Part shown: positions 13,496 to 25,595 of the stretch, one piece after another
How the letters are laid out: every line of letters starts with the position of its first letter
Position numbering within the stretch: the stretch's first letter is position 1
NCBI RefSeq assembly: GCF_018350175.1
Contig: NC_058368.1
Span: forward strand, 178,872,001 to 178,936,000
Direction: 5' to 3'
DNA length: 64,000 nucleotides
Origin: Felis catus
Lineage: Eukaryota
The notes under the pieces: model-generated
Databases searched by the model: none
Told to the model about the DNA's origin: nothing
Seen by the model: the letters and a program-made list of their open reading frames with translations, nothing else
Program-made: the position numbers and the translations under genes

Positions 13496-14644
13496 ATGGT
13501 AGAAGATAGTGAAGATGGGAGGAATATAATTTGAAAATCACTGCTTTAAGCTAAATTGCAAAATTCTGGAAATGACATCTGTTCCTTTTCAGCAATCTTT
13601 GCTTCTAGGGAAAATTACCTCAATACTTTAAGTCCCAGTTTCCACATCAGCAGAATGGGGATAACATCTAACTCAAAGAGTTACTATGAAAATTAAGTGC
13701 ACACGGTCTAAAGGATGCTCAGCATAGAGCCTGGACCATTGTAAGAGCTCATTAAGTGCTCGATGATGACAATGCTGAGAATTATTCATCCTTGATATCA
13801 CTTGGGGGAGTGTGGGTATCATCACAGGCTCATTCCCTTCTTATGGCAACAAAGCCTCTGGCTCATAGATGTAAAACCTAGCTTCTGAGTGAGAAGCTAT
13901 AGCATGCTGTCAGGGTTAGGACAGAAGTTCAAATCCTACTCTGCCACATACTTCCTATGTGGCCTTGAGCAAGCAGATTGTAGACTTGTAAAATGTGACT
14001 ACTAATCCCTATGTTATACTGTTGTGAAGATTATACAAGAAAGCATATGTGTTCAACAAATAAGAATTCCCTTTCCTACTCTCTTCCCACCATTCTTTCC
14101 ATTGAGGATCAAACATTAGGATCCTGATCTCTCTATTTCCATGTCACATGGCATAGAGAAATTGGGGAGAAATCCTGGGATATTTGGCTCTCCTTTTGTT
14201 TTCTTTTGTGTATATCCAGAAATAGGTTCTGTTTCTTCCCAATACTGCACCCAGTGAGGAGACTATCTCTCTGCTGAATGGCTGAAAGAGTAGGACATTG
14301 GCTTTCTAATAATTCCCTTTATATGGGCCACTCTCAGAGATTGGTTCAATTCTAGAACCCTTGGTTACTCTAAGGAAAGTTGAAAGTGAGCCCCAGCAGC
14401 AGAATTCCTGACTGGCAGCAGTAAGGAGACAATGACAAAGGTGATTATGTTGAGGGCAAAGGGACTGCTACACCCTGGGACAGCCTGGGCTGGCCTTTAT
14501 GTTGATAAGTCATGTGCTACAGAGCTATGAGCCTATAGGCTACAGTCCTGTGCAGACAGTTCTGTAACAAATGAGTCCTGAGAGGCTAGAAGAGTAAGGG
14601 GGTTCAGAGGCCAACTTCCTCCATGCATTTGTGATCATCATATA

Positions 14645-14840
14645 GAAATAGCTACCTTTTACTGGTAACTTAATATGTGAGAACTTCTGTGCTCTCATTA
14701 ATCCTTCCCCACACTATGACATAAATAACATCATCCGCACTTTTCAGATGGGGAAACTGAGGCTTAAGAGGGGTTAATTTGTCCATGGTCACATAGCTCT
14801 CCAGGACAAATCCTGGATGCAAATCCAAGACTGTGTGACT
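14645..14840 (-). mobile_element. MIR
   Basis: ttttcagatggggaaactgaggcttaagaggggttaatttgtccatggtcacatagct. Confidence 0.8.
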
Positions 14841-15067
14841 AACACTCATGCTTGTAAGCCCCCAAATGTCCATAATTCATCAATAAACATTTGTTGCGGC
14901 ATATTTAGACTGGACATTCAGGTTTCACCTCTGACAGGGACTGAAGACATCTTTCAGAAGTGGTATATACAAGCCTAAATGGAAATTAGAACTAGGAAAT
15001 CACATGAATGTGTTTGTAACTTACACACATGCACAAGGTCCACTGGGACATCTTACTCTAAACTCTT

Positions 15068-15284
15068 TTTTTTAAATTTTTTTAACGTTTATTTATTTTT
15101 GAGACAGAGAGAGACAGAGTATGAATGGGGGAGGGTCAGAGAGAGGGAGACACAGAATCTGAAACAGGCTCCAGGCTCTGAGCTGTCAGCACAGAGCCTG
15201 ATGCGGGGCTCGAACTCACGGACCGCGAGATCATGACCTGAGCCGAAGTCGGCCACTTAACCGACTGAGCCACCCAGGTGCCCT
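15068..15284 (-). mobile_element. Can-SINE (SINEC_Fc type), full length
   Basis: Reverse-complement SINE body with perfect 17-bp TSD tcttactctaaactctt at 15051-15067 and 15285-15301. Confidence 0.97.
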
Positions 15285-15365
15285 TCTTACTCTAAACTCT
15301 TAAGAGCCAACAGTGTGGCATGTCTCCCCTCCACTGCCCCCCACCCCAGCATCCTGTAGACTCAC

Positions 15366-15464
15366 CACAAGTTCAGAGCTGGTCTGGAAGGTCTCAATAT
15401 AGAAGGAATAGTGCTGGTCACCCATCTGGTTTAAGATGGCTGTCATACATGCCACAAAGTGACT
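15366..15464 (-). CDS. DOCK2: DOCK2 internal coding exon (99 nt, phase 0-0; about exon 28 in recalled human numbering)
   Basis: Minus strand reads ttctttatttcttacag|AGTCAC...GAACTTGTG|gtgagt. It translates without stops to [33 protein letters not shown], recognised as DOCK2 between DHR-1 and DHR-2. Not present in the ORF track. Confidence 0.96.
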
Positions 15465-16702
15465 CTGTAAGAAATAAAGAAAACTGCCATGAAATAGTGA
15501 AGAGAAACCATGAGATTCATCTTTCTCATTTCCTTGACTTCAGACAGGAAAACACCGAACCATCTCAGGCAAGTATAAAAAGTCCCCCAAGGGGATCAGC
15601 AAGTGAAACTTGCCTATGAAGAAATGTCTCCTTATGGTTCGTTTATGGGCTCGTTCTTCCAAAAAGCATTTATTGAACACCTATTATGTGACTGGGACCG
15701 TAGTGGGAGCTCGGATACAGAAGATAGGGCCTGACCTATCACTTCTACAGCTGCTTATACTTTGGGAAAAGACCACTGAGTTGGTGTCAGGAGATCTAGT
15801 CTCTATCAAGATCCTGAAGACAGTTTGATTTTCTGATAAATAATTTTAATATCTAAGCCCCAATTGTTTTATCTGTAAAGCAAGACAATAATCCATCCAT
15901 TTCAACCCCCACATATGTATCAAAAAGATCAAATGACTCCTATAATGCTTTGAATTCACTTATTTTCTCTATAGAGGGGTCAGTTGTTAAACCATCATGA
16001 CTCAGTCAGTGAGAAGCCAGTAGCTACCAGTAACCAGCACTTGTTAAGGGCTTTGGAGGATAAAAGAAATGAGAAGAGGTGGTTCTTGCTCTTCAGGAGT
16101 TCATGATCTAGTTGGGAAAGGAAGGTTAACATCCATGAGGGAAAAAGTACAAGACCTTTAATCTGCCAAGCAGACCAAGTGTCAGAGGGATTCAGACAAG
16201 AGAGAAATCAATGCAAGGACTTGGAGAAGAGCTGGGTCTGGAAGGATCCATGGGATCAGAGGAGCAAGAACCACATTCTTTCATGCACCAGAGTACATCA
16301 CCATACCCCTTTCTGCTTTACCCTTCCAAATTGTATGACTCTGTATCAGGGTGTATTTTCTGTTTAGGCTAGTATGTGCAAGCAGCATTTAGGAATATCT
16401 ACTCTGGAAACCTTGTAAAGGGAGTACCAACCACAAATCCACCAGGAGAGAGGAGCCACTCAAGGTTGTCTCCCGCAAGATTCCAATGGGACTGCCATCT
16501 TAGTCAAAGGAAGTCCCACTAGGTTTGGTCAAGGGCAGGCTTATGGAAGAGGGCCTGCTCAATGTGATGTAGGTCTTTCCAGGGAACCTTACTGCTAAAA
16601 GGTGTCAGACAAATGGCATACCAGAGTGGTGGGCCTGGAAGTATTATGTGTGAACCAAGAAAATGGGCTTGGTATCACAAACTGCTATCTTTGTTTAGAA
16701 AG

Positions 16703-16707
16703 ACACA

Positions 16708-16757
<50 letters not shown>
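16703..16757. repeat. (AC)n microsatellite
   Basis: Directly visible, with one AT interruption. Confidence 0.97.
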
Positions 16758-16759
<2 letters not shown>

Positions 16760-17589
16760 ACATATCCTTCTACATTACAGCTTTATAGTTTATAGAAGTG
16801 GAGGAACAGCCTCAATGTCCCAAGAAACTCCTTCTGTGTTCCTCCACAGGAAGTCTTTTGGATAACTGAATGTCCTCAAGATCACATTCCTAAAAGTAAC
16901 TCCCAGAGATCAGGAATCTCATTTGCTTCTAGGTTTTTTCCAATTAGGATGTTAGGAATAACATGCTTTCCCAATCAGCAAGACCCACTGTAGAGTTTGT
17001 GGGGCTCAGAACAAAATGAAAATGAACAGTCCTTATTAAAAATTATTCAGAATTTCAAGACAGCCCCAGTGCCCATTCTGGGCACCAGGCAAGGTCATAC
17101 ACCCGTGAAGCCAGCCCTGCCCGCCAGTGACCACCACCACACTCACACACCACAAATGTTTAGAAAACATGCAAAGCTGGCAGAGAGTGCAAAGCTGGGA
17201 CTCTTGGGAGCAACAGTGAGGACACTATGTTTATGCGGACCCGGAGCCTCTACACTGGAGTGAGCTGTCTTGGCCATCCAGGAAGGCAAATCCTCTTCTG
17301 CTCAGGCCCCCAGGGGGTGGTGGTGAGTTTGTGAAATTATCAGTCCTTTTCAAACGAGACAGAACACCACCATCTCTGTTAACTTAAGCAGGACCCACTT
17401 AAACCAAGAAAGAAGATTTATAATTGTGTATCCCGCTGGCCAGGCTGGATGCCAGGAAGGAGAAATCAGAGAGTTTGAGAGGTGTGTGTGTGTGCATGTG
17501 CATGAGCGTGTGTGTGCGCGCACACACGCATGTGTTTCCTCTACTCCCTCCATCTCATCTCTCCTCTCCTCAAAGATTTCAGCCTATGA

Positions 17590-17817
17590 CCACTAGAGGT
17601 CTTTTCTTTTCACATGGTAGCTGCCGAGCAGTTTGTTCGGCTTTTTATTTATTCCTACGTGAGCAGACCCACTACACTTCTTGCATATAAACAGTGAAAA
17701 TTACAACATAAAGGACTCATTATTCCTTCTTTTGGAGTAATTCTGCTGCTGGCCAAAGCCTGGCTCGTTTTGCAAGGAAAGGGAGGACATCTCTGCAGGT
17801 AATTCTACTGCTTCAAG
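17590..17817 (+). other. INSYN2B: Candidate non-coding first exon of INSYN2B (FAM196B); 5' boundary approximate
   Basis: Interspersed-repeat-free segment ending in a strong donor AAG|GTAAGA (intron starts 17818), with TATAAA at 17686-17691. It lies ~2.2 kb into the giant intron and antisense to DOCK2, where the human INSYN2B 5' end lies as I recall. Identity is inferred from synteny. Confidence 0.6.
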
Positions 17818-17940
17818 GTAAGAGATTTGGGCAGGTTTTATTTTTTATGATCCATGATCCTCTAAGAGAAAATGCTATCGCCTCTTGGACAATAGTTTAC
17901 TTTTAAAGCTTTGGCTTAAATGAGTCCTGGGATCGTGAGC

Positions 17941-17941
<1 letters not shown>

Positions 17942-17985
<44 letters not shown>

Positions 17986-17999
17986 TGTGGTTGTGTGTG
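17942..17999. repeat. (GT)n microsatellite
   Basis: Directly visible; imperfect at the 3' end. Confidence 0.95.
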
Positions 18000-20584
18000 G
18001 TGGAAAATCTACCATTGTCAGAACTGCAGGCTGCCCCAAATGCATAGATACGGAATGCTTGTTATTTCCAATGGCTTGATTTGAATTTGAAGTGGGGGAG
18101 AAAAGCAAAAAAACAAACCTCAGAGCTCAAGTTGCTTGGGATTACCTTGAAAAGGCTGCATTTTCTTAAGCCTTGTTTAGAGAAACTTCCATGCTTCATT
18201 TTAAAAGAAAATAAAAGGGGAAGGGGTTCTACTCCCCACCGAGAGAGAGAGTAACCATTTTACGAAAGGATCCACTATTTTTTTATAAGGACTTGCTCAG
18301 TGTGTTACAGTCCACCAATCAATCAAAATTACTTTTACCGGCTTGTTCATTTCTTCCTTCTAACTACCACATAGAAAAACCCAGCTCAGTGCCTTACGGT
18401 ACGATTTGTAGTGCAATGTGACTGAAGTTTGGACAAGTTACCTGCATTTGGCTGTTAATGAAAAATGACAGTGTTTTCCATCCGACTAGAAGCACCCCTT
18501 TTTTCCTACTATGATGTCTAGCCCACTTTAGTACCAAATCTGTCAGAAATCACACCAATGTGACCGACTGATTAGTGAAATGGCATGAGATGCCAGCAGC
18601 AGGTTTGCATTCAGAACAGGTTCCCCTCTGTCATTTAAATTAAAAAACAAATAACAAAGCAAAACAAAAAAAAAAAAACAAAAACAAAAACAAAAAAAAA
18701 AAGGAAGAAAGAAAGAAAGAAACCAAACACTCTGTCACATAATGATAGAATGATGGGATAATATTATGCCTCTCTGACGTTTATCCCTTTTTCAGTAATA
18801 TCCTTAACATGGCAATCCACCTCTTAGCTTCCTGTCCCCTTCCCTTTTTACGAGTTTGAGACCTTACTTCTACATCCACCATGTTTTAAATGTTTAGAAA
18901 GAGAGAGGAATGGGGTGGGGGTGTGATTCACTAGCAACTCAGATACTCCTAACATTGACATTGCTCAAACTTTATAGTGTAGGAGCCAAATCTCCCAGTC
19001 CTGTTGGCAACATGGAAAAGCCCGAGTACTGCATGGGGGACAGCAGGGTGGAGGGATGCCCTTCAGTCCAAGCTAGGGAGAATCCCCCTCTTCCCATCCC
19101 TGGCAGAAATGGTATAGGTGACATATATTTACTACCAAGGCATGAGGCAGCCACTCATCCATAGCCAAGCAGCATGCCAGGTGCCTAGATGGGAAATTGC
19201 TTCTTAAAACAGAATAGCAGGGGGACCTGCATCTTAACTCCCAGAGAGAAATTGTATCCGAGACGCTGGCACAAATCAGGCAGAGTCACCTCGGCTCCGT
19301 TCGGGGCGGTTGAAAATGTAGCTAATGAATCACAGCATGGAGAGACACGGTTTGAAACTAGGTCAAACGTGTAAAAATAAGTGCAATCATCGCAGGCACT
19401 TGGCTGATGAGGGGCTACTTAACGCCTTGAGTGGCAGGGTTTATTTGCCACATAGAACCCTCTTCAGCGATCCGAGACAATCAATCCTCTTAATTAATTC
19501 AGCCCATCAGCGTGGAGAGAAGTCTTGCACACCTGGGAGAGAGCTGAAGCTCCAAAGGGAAACAGCCAGGGTCTCTTCACTGTGTGATGGCAAGAGAGAA
19601 AAAGAGAAACCCGGTATCGTGTGATTAATATTAATTAGCTGGGATACTAGATGACTGGGATCAGGAGAGTAGCCCTCCCCAAATCATTTGGCTCCTTTGC
19701 ATAGAAAAATCATCATCGTCGTCGTCATCAGCAGCAGCAGCAGCATATTGATAAGGCCGATAGCTGGGTGAACATCAGTTAACTCAAACATATCTATTTA
19801 ACCACCTCTAACGCAAACACACCTACACACACATACACACAACAGTCAAGCCCCCTGCAGTGCTGAGTGGACCTGGAAGAGGCTATCAGTTTGCCCTGCC
19901 TTGAAAAACAAACAAAACAGGGGGAGAGGGGCAACGTTGCTGTGGATGCGTCCCCCACTCACCTGAGATTGTGGGAGGGATGAGCTCACAGAGGGAGAGA
20001 AGCAGCTAACTTTGGGAGCTTGCTACCTAAATGCCAACATTACTACGCGATACCAGCTGGTGACACGTTGCTATAGTAACTTCAAATAATGTGCAGGGCC
20101 AAAATAAAATAAAATATAGAAAGCGCCAAGGAGAGGAGATGAAGGAAAGTTTTCATACCAAGGGAGGCTCATAGGGAGATGAAAAGTTCTATTTATCAGG
20201 ACATTTATTTCCTTTGGAGGCTAAGAGTGGCCAAATGTCATTCTCAGGTTACTTCTCCATTCACCCCCACATCTGCCATGTGGTTATATAACAGATTTTA
20301 TTCCTGGGTGGAATTGGCACTGTCTGTGTGGTGGATCCAGGACCGGAAGTGGGAGGCTGTTGTGTTAGGAGAAACAGGGACTCTAAAACCCCTTCATCTT
20401 AGAGCTTTGTAGGCTACTCAGAGTTACAGTTTGTAGTGATTTGGGGGGAATCTAGTGTATTGTTCTGTCTTAGCAACCATCAAGTCTGGGCACTGTGCTA
20501 GGTGTGAAGGTGCAGCAGTGAGCGGGATGGATAAGGCTGTGCTCCAAAGAGTTTACACCTGGTTCTGCCAGGATGTAGAGCATC

Positions 20585-20795
20585 AGAGGGCCTAGGAGCC
20601 AGCCTACCTGAATTCAAATCTCAGCTCTATCTCTTACTAGTTGTGTGGCCTTGGGCAGGGTCTTGTGCCTCAGTGTCCTCATCTGTAAAAGGGGATAAAA
20701 ATATTCCTTACTTCATACAGTTCTGGTGAGAATTAGATCAAAAGGCACTTAGAATATAGAAAGCCCTCGATAATTATCAGCTATTATTATTATTC
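20585..20795 (+). mobile_element. MIR
   Basis: ttcaaatctcagctct...cttactagttgtgtggccttgggc...gtgcctcagtgtcctcatctgtaaaagggga. Confidence 0.85.
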
Positions 20796-22251
20796 TCACT
20801 GTTGCTGACTGTGGTCTAGGGAAACTATGCAGATTAGCCAACTGAAATTCCTGACCTGGAAGAAGGATATGATGAGATCACTTACCCATGACTGTCTGTG
20901 GCCACATCAAGTGCTACCAATAACAGCTCAGTGCCCTTTGACTCCGAACATGCCTTTGGTTAAAAACATGCCCAAAGTCCAGCTGTCAAGTATACTGAAC
21001 ATGTGCCTCTTGGACCAGATACGTTGGGAGGTTTCTTTTACTTGGGGACAATTGCAAGAAGGTAGGAAGAGTCACAATAGCACCCAAATTGTTCAAAAGC
21101 ATGAAATACAACTGTCTTCATCAAAAACGTATCCCCCCAGCTGTTTGGCTTTAGGATATCCCTGTCTCTGTGTGCAGTGACATTCTTTGGTTACCCAGGG
21201 ATCCTGCTGTGTGATAGAGTAAACCAAGTTACCTTCTTTCAGGGGAAGCTTCTTGATGAAACCCAGGGTTTCATGTGGCCAGCTCCACGTCAAAGGCACA
21301 ACATCACAGGAAAACAGAAAAGTGCACTTGGATGCCATATACTCTGGATATGCCCTGACACATTATATCTGTACAAGATGACAACTAGTGTTGAGTTATC
21401 TGTGTGCACCTCTGCCTGGTGCTGTGGGCATTAATGATGGCTCAACTACTCAGCATTGCCAGGGCCAGAACTGCAGGTGTCTCCTCAGAGAGCTAGCATC
21501 ACTCACAAGGAGCAGGAAGGGAGGGGTAGACAAGGCTGCTTTAAATCAAGGTTGGAAAAGAAGACTGAACTGGTAACATACTCTTTCTTTGAGACAAACA
21601 CATTCTGATCCTGGTGGACCTGTGCCTATGGCTCTGTGATGTGGGTCACTTTAAACCATCCAAAGGATATAGTGGGAGCCCAAGGGGGAGGTGGATGGCA
21701 AGCAAATTCCATTCATTCATTCCTTGTGCTCAGGACTCTACATTCATCATGTCACTGACTCATTTCAACAAACTCATGAGGTCAACTTTATACCCGTTTT
21801 ATAGATCAGGAAAGTGAGATGTATGGAGGTCAAGCAGCTTGCCTAGATAGACATTTAGTATATGATGGGACAGGGATTAAAATCTGAATCTTTCTGACTC
21901 CAAAACCTGTATCTTTTCATAAATCCACTGTGTCTCCCATGTCAGCACTGTCAGCTCACCTAGGGAGAGATTTTTGTCCATTTATTCATTGCTGTATCAC
22001 CAGTCTAGAATTGAACTTGCACTTAGTGTGGGTTCAATAAATACGTGTTAGATGAGAGACTGAATTTATTCCTCATCTCTAAAAGACTGTTATAGGGACC
22101 ACCCTGCACACACGAACTCTGAAAAGTTAGGGTCATGTGTAGACCACCTTTGCCTTGGGAGAGGCCAGAAATTAAAGAATTTTTGTTCTGCTTTTGAGTG
22201 TACTCCATCTTAAGTTATATTTGATCAAGCTACAGTGAGATCATTCTTTCA

Positions 22252-22865
22252 CACATTCCTTAATTCAACAAATATTTCTTGAGCACCTACTATGTTTCAG
22301 GCTTGGTTCTAGCTGCAGGGGATACAACCAGAAATGAGAGTAACAAGAGTTGTTCTTAATGAGCTCTTATTCCCATTGGATAGAGGGCCAGGGATGGAGA
22401 AACACAGTAGAATGAATGAATAATCAAGTAATATTATTTTAGGCAGTGATATCTGCTACTAATGAAATATTACCCAGCAATGAAATGGGGAGGGAGTGAG
22501 AAGGAAACTATTTTCAACAGGGGAGACAAAGGCAGCCTCTTAGAGAGCTGGCATTTGAATGGAGATCTGAATGATGAGAGTCAGTCATGCAAAAATCTGG
22601 CAGAACAGCATTTCTGGGCAATTGAATAGCAGATGCAAAGGCCCTGAGGTGGATGTGCTTGGAGTCCTGGAGGATCCCAAAGAAGGCCAGCATAGCTGGA
22701 AGGTATGAAATGAGGGAAGACACTATATAAGATGAGGTCAGAGAGACAGGCAGAGGCCAGATCCTATGGGCCCTTGGGGGTCAGAGGCAAGCATATGGAT
22801 TTTCCTCCAAAGTGCAGAAGGAGGCCATTGATTCGAGTTTTAAAAAGCTCACTCTTGCTGCTGTG
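22252..22865 (-). mobile_element. L2
   Basis: attcaacaaatatttcttgagcacctactatg...gcaaaggccctgagg...gaaggccagcatagctgga...gatgaggtcagagag. Confidence 0.85.
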
Positions 22866-24261
22866 TGTTTCAAGAACCCCTCTTTAAAGAGGTGGCTCCC
22901 ATGTCTTACCACATAAGCCCATCTCCAAGACACTGTACTGGACTTATTCCCACGGTCATGGGTCTGTGAAAAGTGCAAGTTGTTTTCACTGTCGACTCTT
23001 CCTTATTCCTGGTAGTGTGACCTCTTTTCGGCAAATGCTTCTCACTAAATTATTATTTTATAGCATACTCTGTCCCTCTTTGTGCAGGCAAGAGAGTGGA
23101 CTCTAATTTTATGCGGATCCCATCTATCTTCAAGCTTAGTGGGCTCATCTCCCTTTTATTTGGAGCTGAATGAAGGGGAGCCTGCTCCAGTAGCTCCCAG
23201 TCTCTGATTAAAGCCATTCCCATCTGTGGGACCTGAGAAACCTGCTTGCTGGGAAGGAACACCCGCCCAGTTTTTAATTGAACAGAAGATTTTTTTTAAT
23301 GTTTCTAATAACATTTGTGGAGGTGTGGGTGAAGTTCACAAATGTGATTGCAAGAAGAATAGTTTCAGAAGCATGGATTTATTCTCGGCACATATACCAG
23401 TGATGGGCCTCCAAATCTTTGCACTGAATGCCTCAAGAAAGGCTGTGCAAAAAGACTGTTTGGAGTCCTGGACAATACAGTATTGTCCTCAGTTCACTTC
23501 TCCCTGGGAAAAATCAAAGCCCTGAGTATCACCAGGATGTGGGCTCTGGATAAGTATCCTAAGCAGCCCCTCACCTTCTTCTACAAACGTGTGCATCAAG
23601 GTTATGTATGACACCAAGATCAACCTCCAATAGAAAAAAGATTCACAAAAGGATACTATGTTTCAGGCAGGAGGCATTGTGGGGTAAAGGACAATAACTA
23701 CCATTTAAAGGGCTAAGCCTGTATCAGGCACTTTTTATAGGACTTTTTATATGGTTGTGGCAAGAGAAGAAAAGAACTGGAAGAAGGAGAAGCTAATAGT
23801 AGTCGGACATTTATGAGTCAGACACTAGGCTAAAAAGTATAGTGATGGTCACAATCACCATCAGTTATTGAGCACTCGCCATGGGCCAAGTGGTATATAT
23901 GCATTAATCCTCCCAGTATCCAGGTGATCTTGATAAAACCACATGTACTTTACAGATGAGAAAACCGAGAAGCAGAGAGGTGACATGACTTAGCTAGATC
24001 AGCCTGACCCCACGATGCTTTTGTTTTTCTTAGAAAAAAGAGAAAGACATTACCATTTTGTAGACATGATATAATCTTAGTGACAGGAAAATTAAGCAAA
24101 TCCTTAAAGTACACGAAGAAAGGAAAAGGGCATAACATTTTACCTCACTGTGCTCCCTGCCTAAATAGCCTTGAATATTAAGAACATTCAATATTCCATT
24201 CAATTCAATAAACTTCTCGAATACTAAGAAATATTCTAGATATTTCCTATGCCTATATAGA

Positions 24262-24318
24262 GATGGAAGGATGGGTGGATGGATGGATGGATGGATGGAT
24301 GGAGGGATGGATGGATGG
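24262..24318. repeat. (GGAT)n microsatellite
   Basis: Imperfect tandem GGAT array. Confidence 0.93.
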
Positions 24319-25595
24319 AGGTAGCATGGCATATGGGTAGACACAAAGCCACACAGACAGAACTAGCTCTCTTCATGACTGTGCCCTGTGGCTTATGAGT
24401 CTCCCATGATTTTAGGCTCAAATGCAGATAAACACTCGATCTTCTGCAGTGCTTAGGGCATTGAAGGCCAAGAAGGGTTCAGAGTGGAACATCAGTGCCA
24501 TGTACTTGGAAATATATCTGGTTTCCCATAGAAGCAGTTTTCCTAGAAGGCACTAGACAGGGAATCCTAAGTCTGGGAGCAAACACCAGTTCTCTTCAAC
24601 ATGCTCTGGAACTTTGGACAAGATACTTGATCTCTCTGGCCTCCGTTCTCTCATCCCTGAAAAAGGGACCAGTGCTACCAACAGCACTGTTGTGAGGAGT
24701 AAGTAGAAGGCAGGTGCAGGGGTCCTGTGTAGAGCCTGGCACACCAGAAGCACTCAGAAAACCTTCTTGCAATGCTCAGCTTCAGCCCCCTCTCTGGTTC
24801 ACCAGAACAGTTTGCTGATCAGCTGAGGAAGTGTGGAGTTAGCTTTCGGTTGACTCGTGGAGGATGATTTAAACCTCCCTGTGGACCTGGAGAGCTGCAT
24901 TGCAGATGATGATTTATACAATCTCTCCCTGCCCTTTGTTTCCCTTTACAAAGTCTCCACATTTAGATGAGAGGAGGGGCAGGCAGACAAATGTGTTCAC
25001 AGACAACCAGGCAGCAAGGCAAGAAGGTTTTCAGAAGGGATGATTATTTTGTGGATAAAAGGATTGCTTAGTTTACCCCTTGTGTTTACTTCACAAGGAG
25101 TGAAGAAGAGTAAAGAAGATCTCTCTCTCACATTGCATTTTAAACTTCAAGCCCAGCTTTCCAACCAGGACTCTCCCTGTGCCTCCCCAACCTCCCCCAG
25201 ATAGGTCGAGTTGTCCCTGCTGCAAGTGGCCTGCTAGTCCCAGCAGAATCCGGTACTCAGGTCTGAGTATGATAATAACGGTTGGGTGTGTGTGCAGGTG
25301 GCCTCTTTGCAACACCTGCCTTGACTGCTTAACTTTACAGGGCTCAACCAAAGCAATGACACACTGATGGTTTAATTATTAATTCACATTAGGGCAGGAT
25401 TTTCTCCTTTCCCAGCTAATCCTCCACTCCTTATTCCCAATTAATCAATCGGTTAACAAATATTTACTCAGCACCTATTATCTGTAAGGAGCTGTATCAG
25501 GTACCTATGACACTCTGAAGATCTCAGAGTACTAGGGAAGATTATCCCTGTCTAGGTAGCTAGCTAGCTATCATTTATCTATCTGTCTATCAATA

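Larger units (their letters stand above)
17200..20200. promoter_or_regulatory. Putative promoter and proximal regulatory block of the nested gene
   Basis: About 3 kb with no recognisable MIR/L2/SINE, unlike its flanks. Locally retained CpGs (19255-19620, 20045-20070), TAAT/ATTA clusters and an RFX X-box at 20067-20080. Confidence 0.5.

Noticed and set aside
17623..17646. Hairpin followed by a T run resembling a bacterial intrinsic terminator
   Set aside because: Mammalian Pol II context; kept only as a possible 5' UTR hairpin.
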